Assembly (NCBI RefSeq): GCF_009914755.1
Contig: NC_060928.1
Reading direction: 5' to 3' (one strand)
DNA length: 64,000 bases
From: the human T2T-CHM13v2.0 reference genome, Homo sapiens
The translations under genes and the position numbers were made by a program. Under the pieces are notes generated by a model. That model made no database searches. It saw nothing but the letters and a program-made list of their open reading frames with translations, and was not told the origin of the DNA. Positions 58,290 through 64,000 of the stretch are shown here, in pieces. Position 1 is the stretch's first letter. Every line of letters starts with the position of its first letter.

Positions 58290-58590
58290 GGCCGGGCACA
58301 GTGGCTCACACCTGTAATCCCAGCACTTTGGGAGGCCAAGGTGGGTGGATCACGAGGCCAGGAGATCGAGACCATCCTGGCTAACATGGTGAAACCCCAT
58401 CTGTACTAAAAATACAAAACATTAGCCAGGCGTGTCAGCGGGTGCCTGTAGTTCCAGCTACTCAAGAGGCTGAGGTGGGAGAATGGCATGAACCCAGGAG
58501 GCGGAGCTTGCAGTGAGCCGAGATCATGACACTGCCTTCCAGCCTGGGCGACAGAGCGAGACTCCATCTCAAAAAACAAAAACAAAAAAA
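58290..58590 (+). mobile_element. AluY-like
   Basis: Full Alu; TSD tctactatag. Confidence 0.92.
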
Positions 58591-60879
58591 TCTACTATAG
58601 TTATATTGCTCTCTATGTCTTGCTGTGTCAGTGTTTTATTTTTATATTTGGAACCCTAATGTGACACACACACACACACACACACATATTTATATATGTA
58701 TACACACATTTGTCGTGGGTTCCCAGTAAATGAAACTTTTTATTGTTGTTTAATGTCCTTCTTGGTCTCTTGTGCTTTTAAAGAATATTTTATGAAATAT
58801 AACAGTTTTGACTTAAGATGTACTTTGCGTCATATAATCTTGACTTCTTTTTTTGATTATTTGCATGAAATGTTTTCTTTCATCTTGCCTTTTGCAGTCT
58901 CCTTAATCATTAGATCTCAAGTGATTCTTGTTGAAAAGCAAGTTGGATCTTGTTTTTTAATTTTTTAAATCCATTTGGTGGCATCTATTTTGAATCGAAA
59001 GTTTACTTCACAAATACTTAAATAATTTGCTTAATTAGAAGGGCAGTCATTGTTTAATTGTTTTACTTGATGATTATACCTTTGTCCCTTATTTTCTTTC
59101 TCTGTCTTCCTCTGTGTCTTTTTTATTTTTATATTGATAGGATTTCTTATACTTTTGTGTATCTATAGATACTTTGTGGTATCTTGGGGATTACATAAAA
59201 TTTCATAAAGTTAATATATCTTAAAATGCTAAGAACTTCAGTTGCATTTGAAAATTCTTCCTCATACATTTGCCCTCAACTTTGTTATTGGTGTGATTAA
59301 TCATATTTTATGTTGCATATTAACAGATTATGATTAAGTTTGATTATTTTTATGCTTTTATCTTTAAAACTTTAGAGATTAAAATGTTTTCTGCAATATT
59401 ATAATGGTACAGAACCTTATATTTGTGTATGTGCATATCTTTTTCAGAAAGTTACGTATTTTCATATGATCATGTTTTGTTTTCTTGCATTGTTATTTTC
59501 AGTGGCAGATACTTCCTTCAGAATTTTTTTGTAAGGCAGATGTGCTTTTTGAGCATTCGGTTATCTTGAAAAGTCTTTACCTTTTTTTCATTTTTAAGAC
59601 AGTTTTGCTGGTTATATTATTCCCAATTAGAAGCTATTTTTCTTTCAGCACTTTTTATCACAGTTTTCTGGTCTGAAAAAAATTTATCAACAGATTCACT
59701 GGTTATCTCTTAAGACCACACTTATGACACATCACTTTTATCTTGCAGCTCCTAAGATTCTCTTCCTGTCTTTGACTTTTGAAACTTTGCTTATATATGT
59801 GCCTTGCTATAAATCTGTGTGTGTGTACCCTAGTTGAAGTCTGTTGAGCTTCATTTTTTATATCCTTCTTTTGCTTCTGAAAATTTGTCATTATTTTTGT
59901 ATTTTTCACCTCCATGATGTCTTTTTTTTGTTTTTAATGTTTTCATTGATTCTCATTTTTCTGATTTTATTTAGTTGTATGTATTTCCATTTAGCTCATT
60001 GAGAATTATTCAGGTTAAATTTTAAAAATTTGTACATCTTCATTTTTTATGGTTGTTTTCTGAAAATCTTTAAATTTTTTAATTTGGCCATGTTGCCCTA
60101 ATATTTTGTATGCATTGTAATATTTGCTTGTTATTTGAAGATTAACAAAAAGCCATTTGTCACAATCTTTACAATGTTGCTTTGTCCTGACATAGTCTGA
60201 AACCAATTGTCTTTGATAGAGATTATGGGAGCCTCCCATACATGTTTTAAGGATGTGTCTTGTCTGGAATTTCATGTTTTTCAGTTAAAAGGGTTTGTTC
60301 ATGTTTCTTCTTAACAGTCTCTAATCACTTGCCCTACCTACTTTCTGTATTTAACACTGCAGTCTGCTCCTGAAACATTTACATTTTGTCTCAGCAATCC
60401 CAAGCTGTCCTTTCAAAATATACCACTGTTTCTTTCAGCACTCTGTATTATTGGAGACAGAAACCAGTTTTTGTAAAGACTACCAAAAGCCAGAAGTAAT
60501 GATGTGTGCGTTAGTATTTTTCTTATTTTTAAAGAAAGAAGCCAGGAATTGGCAGTTTACTCCTAAAGACACAATGCTATACTGGGGAGGAGGAAGGGCT
60601 GTGTAAATGTAACAAATTTTCCTTTGCATTCTATGTGGCTCTTGGCATTGTTCTTACCTGAGGCATTACATACAATTAACTCATTTCGAGATTTTGCACA
60701 AAAGCATTTTGATGAGTATATGTTTGTTACATGTATATGTCTGTGAAGGAGTTATGGCCTGTGGTATTTTGTTGTGCCATCTTACTAATGTACTTTGTAT
60801 AAGTATATATATATTAGATTTGTAAAGTAAGTATATTCATATGTAAAGTGTATTCATATGAATCTAGTAAGTGGGATAA

Positions 60880-62193
<1,314 letters not shown>

Positions 62194-62247
62194 TAACATA
62201 GTTGAATGACATTTCTAGTAATATGTTTCCTTTGGCTTTAAACAGCA

Positions 62248-62253
62248 AATAAA
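62248..62253 (+). terminator. Candidate polyadenylation signal AATAAA
   Basis: 55 nt after the array stop, followed by a T-rich stretch. Confidence 0.45.
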
Positions 62254-62385
62254 GTGAAGAATATTGTTCCATGTTCTTTTCTTTATTTCTTAAAATTTTT
62301 GTAGGCACATAGTATATGTACATATTTCTGGCATATATTAGTTATTTGAATACAGGCATACACCATGTAATAATCCATCAGAGTA

Positions 62386-62685
62386 GGCCAGGCGCAGTGG
62401 CTCATGCCTATAATCCCAGCACTTTGGGAGGCCAAGGCAGGCGGATCACAAGTTCAGGAGGTCAAGACCATCCTGGCTAACATGGTGAAACCCCATCTCT
62501 ACTAAAAATACAAAAAAATAACTGGGCATGGTGGTGAGTGCCTGTAGTCCCAGCTACTCAGGAGGCTGAGGCAGGAGAATGGTGTGAACCCAGGAGGCAG
62601 AGCTTGCAGTGAGCCTAGATAGCGCCACTGCACTGCACGCCAGCCTAGGCGACAGAGTGAGACTCCGTCTCCAAAAAAAGAAAAA
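62386..62685 (+). mobile_element. AluY/Sc-like
   Basis: Full Alu; TSD aatccatcagagta. Confidence 0.92.
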
Positions 62686-63737
62686 ATCCATCAGAGTAAA
62701 TGAGATATTCATCACCTTAAGTATTTATTCTTTGTATTACACAAGTCCAGTTATACACTTTATTTTTCAATGTACAATTATTTTTTACTACAGATCGTTT
62801 TGTGATTGTAATATATCAAAGTATAATTCATATGTTTCTGAGTCCTGAATGAATACTTAAAAAAAATGTTTCATATTTGTCTTTGAACATGTAGTGTCTT
62901 GTCCTGCAAACACATACGGACTTTTCATTTTTATTTACATGAAGTTAAATATATAAATGTATTGCTCTAAAAATAAACCGTTAGGTGTAAGAAAATTACA
63001 GAGCAAGCAATAGTGTTTGTGTGAGAGTTTGTACCTATTTTCCAAAGAAAAGATCAATATTGGAACAAAGAAGATTCTTTTATAAGGTGGATAATTTACT
63101 AGAAATCTAGAAACCTAAAACATTGTGAAATCAAATCTATATTTCTTTGGATTTAATTACTGTAAAATCTAATTGTTGAGACTCTCCCCATGTAAATTGT
63201 TTTCATTTGTTACTCATATTACAGCTATAATTTACTTGTTTCTTCTTTTGTTTTTACTTTATTATTTACGATGTGAGCTGGTGAGAAATTATAAGAATGA
63301 TTTTTATAAAATTTAGTACACAAATTTTTAGATGCAAGTTCACAATTTGTGTATTGTTATATTTGATCTAGTTAGAAAATTTCATTTTGTGGCTTTAACT
63401 GGAGAACTCTATATGAACCGTTTTCTTTAGTTGTTCCTTTCACTTTTTACTTGACATAAATGAGTTTATGTATTGTGTGCCAATTTGTTCAGGTAAGTAC
63501 TGGGAAATCTTTTAAGTCATGGAGATGTTTTGATATAAAATTGTAGTGAACATAAGAAAGTGCTGTGTGTGTAATAGATGCTCCATAATTAGCCATAAAT
63601 ATTCTTTCTGGAGTCAGTTTGTAGCTGCAAGTAAGAGACAGAAAATGTCTATAGTGAAGAAATGGCATTAATTGTGCATGTGGAGAGGACATCTGTTCCC
63701 AGGCTGCAAAACTGACTCATTCTGAATTTAAAGAGGG

Positions 63738-64000
63738 TTTTTTTTTTAATTTAAAAGTAAACTTTAATGTCAAAAATGCAAACTTAGGGAGGACATAAAG
63801 ATCACATACAAGGCTGCCACTTCACACTTGGAGGGTTGCACAGCATCTGGGCAAAGGCTCTCCTCACTTCCCAGATGGTGCAGCAGCTGGACAGAGATGC
63901 TCCTCACTTCCCAGATGGTGGGGCAGCCAGGAAGAGGCGCTCCTTACTCCCAGATGGTAGGGCCGCCGAGCAGAGGCACTCCTCATTTCTTAGTGCGGCC
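63738..64000 (-). mobile_element. SVA2-type VNTR retrotransposon (3' end), continuing beyond the right edge
   Basis: Poly(T) at 63738-63747 and ATTAAA at 63763-63768 (minus). Unique 3' region gtgcaaccctccaagtgtgaagtggcagccttgt, then ~39-bp SVA VNTR units (ctcctcacttcccagatgg). No SINE-R lies between the VNTR and the tail. Confidence 0.82.

Overview
Primate, most likely human, genomic DNA; the ORF track is mostly repeat-derived noise. The main gene is a plus-strand, four-exon KRAB zinc-finger gene of the ZNF91/ZNF141/ZNF595/ZNF718/ZNF732 type. It has a CpG-island promoter at ~19.9 kb, ATG at 20119, a 127-bp KRAB-A exon, a 96-bp KRAB-B exon and a zinc-finger exon at 60899-62.25 kb. The finger array is broken by a stop and frameshifts. 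From recalled sequence and structure this is probably ZNF876P on 4p16.3 (not verified by a search). The spliced frame is nevertheless open for 187 codons (KRAB-A/B plus spacer). Upstream lie a heavily deleted minus-strand HERV-W (1-4414), a 5'-truncated WEE1 processed pseudogene split by a two-LTR THE1 element, and an LTR5 solo LTR. Intron 3 holds old L1s, many Alus, a truncated HERV-K(HML-2) provirus, a MER11 LTR and a diverged copy of intron-1 sequence. An SVA2 element starts at the right edge. The most unusual observation is that both retroviral elements end on one side in a short inverted copy of their own LTR terminus, stopping exactly at the conserved CA. I see no new protein-coding system; the other candidates are a possible KRAB-only product and LTR-driven splitting of KRAB from the fingers.
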